In this document: one piece after another, positions 35,141 to 35,527 of the stretch
Numbering within the stretch: the first letter of the stretch is position 1
How the letters are laid out: each line of letters begins with the position of its first letter
IMG/VR virus record: IMGVR_UViG_2734482778_000013
Coordinates: 1-35,527 of that record
Length of the DNA stretch: 35,527 bases
Reading direction: 5' to 3' (one strand)
From: a virus
Lineage: Duplodnaviria; Heunggongvirae; Uroviricota; Caudoviricetes
Position numbers and translations under genes: made by a program
Notes under the pieces: model-generated
What the model saw: only the letters and a program-made list of their open reading frames with translations
Database searches by the model: none
What the model was told of the DNA's origin: nothing

Positions 35141-35527
35141 TTATTCTTCATTTTTCTTTGGCGTTATTACCACAGCGGCGAGCTTATCAATCAGGCGCTC
35201 ACACGCATCAACATCTTTGAGGTTTCTTAATTTGAGCTTTGCAGTTTTAGGCTCATCGTCTCTGGTACAAAGGTGTAATTCAACTTCGACATCATTCCTG
35301 TTCAATAACCCCATAATAACCTCTGCAAATTTTTTCGCCCGTGAGAGCAACTCAAACATAACACTAAGCATATCGGGTGCATTCGCAGAGAAGCAAGTCA
35401 CACGACCTATATCAAATCCATTATTTTTAAAATACTCCTCTATTGAAGAGGAAAGCTCTGAAGGACATGTAATCCTGACACCTGCAAATCGGGACTGATG
35501 TAATGGCGTTCCTTTTAAATATTGCAC
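35141..35527 (-). CDS. Hypothetical protein, N-terminally truncated by window edge
   Basis: Open frame runs to the last base of the window (first codon GTG); stop at 35141-35143. Confidence 0.4.
   Translation of the reverse strand: MQYLKGTPLHQSRFAGVRITCPSELSSSIEEYFKNNGFDIGRVTCFSANAPDMLSVMFELLSRAKKFAEVIMGLLNRNDVEVELHLCTRDDEPKTAKLKLRNLKDVDACERLIDKLAAVVITPKKNEE

Noticed and set aside
1-35527. CRISPR arrays, insertion sequences, rRNA/tRNA genes
   Set aside because: No regularly spaced direct repeats, no transposase-like ORFs with terminal inverted repeats, and no rRNA or tRNA structures found on reading through.

Overview
This window is almost entirely one apparently complete P2-like (Peduovirus-type) temperate prophage of an enterobacterial host, read from the integrase end. 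All calls are from reading the sequence and recalled family signatures; no database search was run. Order: tyrosine integrase and P2 C-type repressor (minus strand), then a rightward early operon (Cox-like protein, many small orphan ORFs, a small membrane protein plus SPFH lipoprotein pair), then the rolling-circle replication initiator gpA. The gpA-to-portal interval, a cargo hotspot in P2-like phages, carries a ParM/ParR actin-type partition cassette with palindromic candidate centromere sites, a small orphan and an AT-rich Rrf2-family regulator, followed by an Ogr-like zinc-finger activator and a candidate cos site. The late region has the P2 head module (Q, P | O, N, M, L), tail completion R and S, then a rearranged tail module: sheath, tube, an embedded holin/M15 endolysin cassette, a chaperone with a -1 frameshift extension, tape measure, baseplate genes, two tail fibres sharing an N-terminal domain, and a hub/spike fusion. 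Downstream lies an intact-looking hok/mok type I toxin locus (toxin ORF too short for the ORF track) and a truncated minus-strand ORF at the window edge. The most interesting items are the ParMR cassette in an integrative P2-like phage, the phage-encoded SPFH lipoprotein pair, the hok-like locus, the dual-fibre AT-rich host-range cassette, and the relocated lysis cassette without recognisable spanins.
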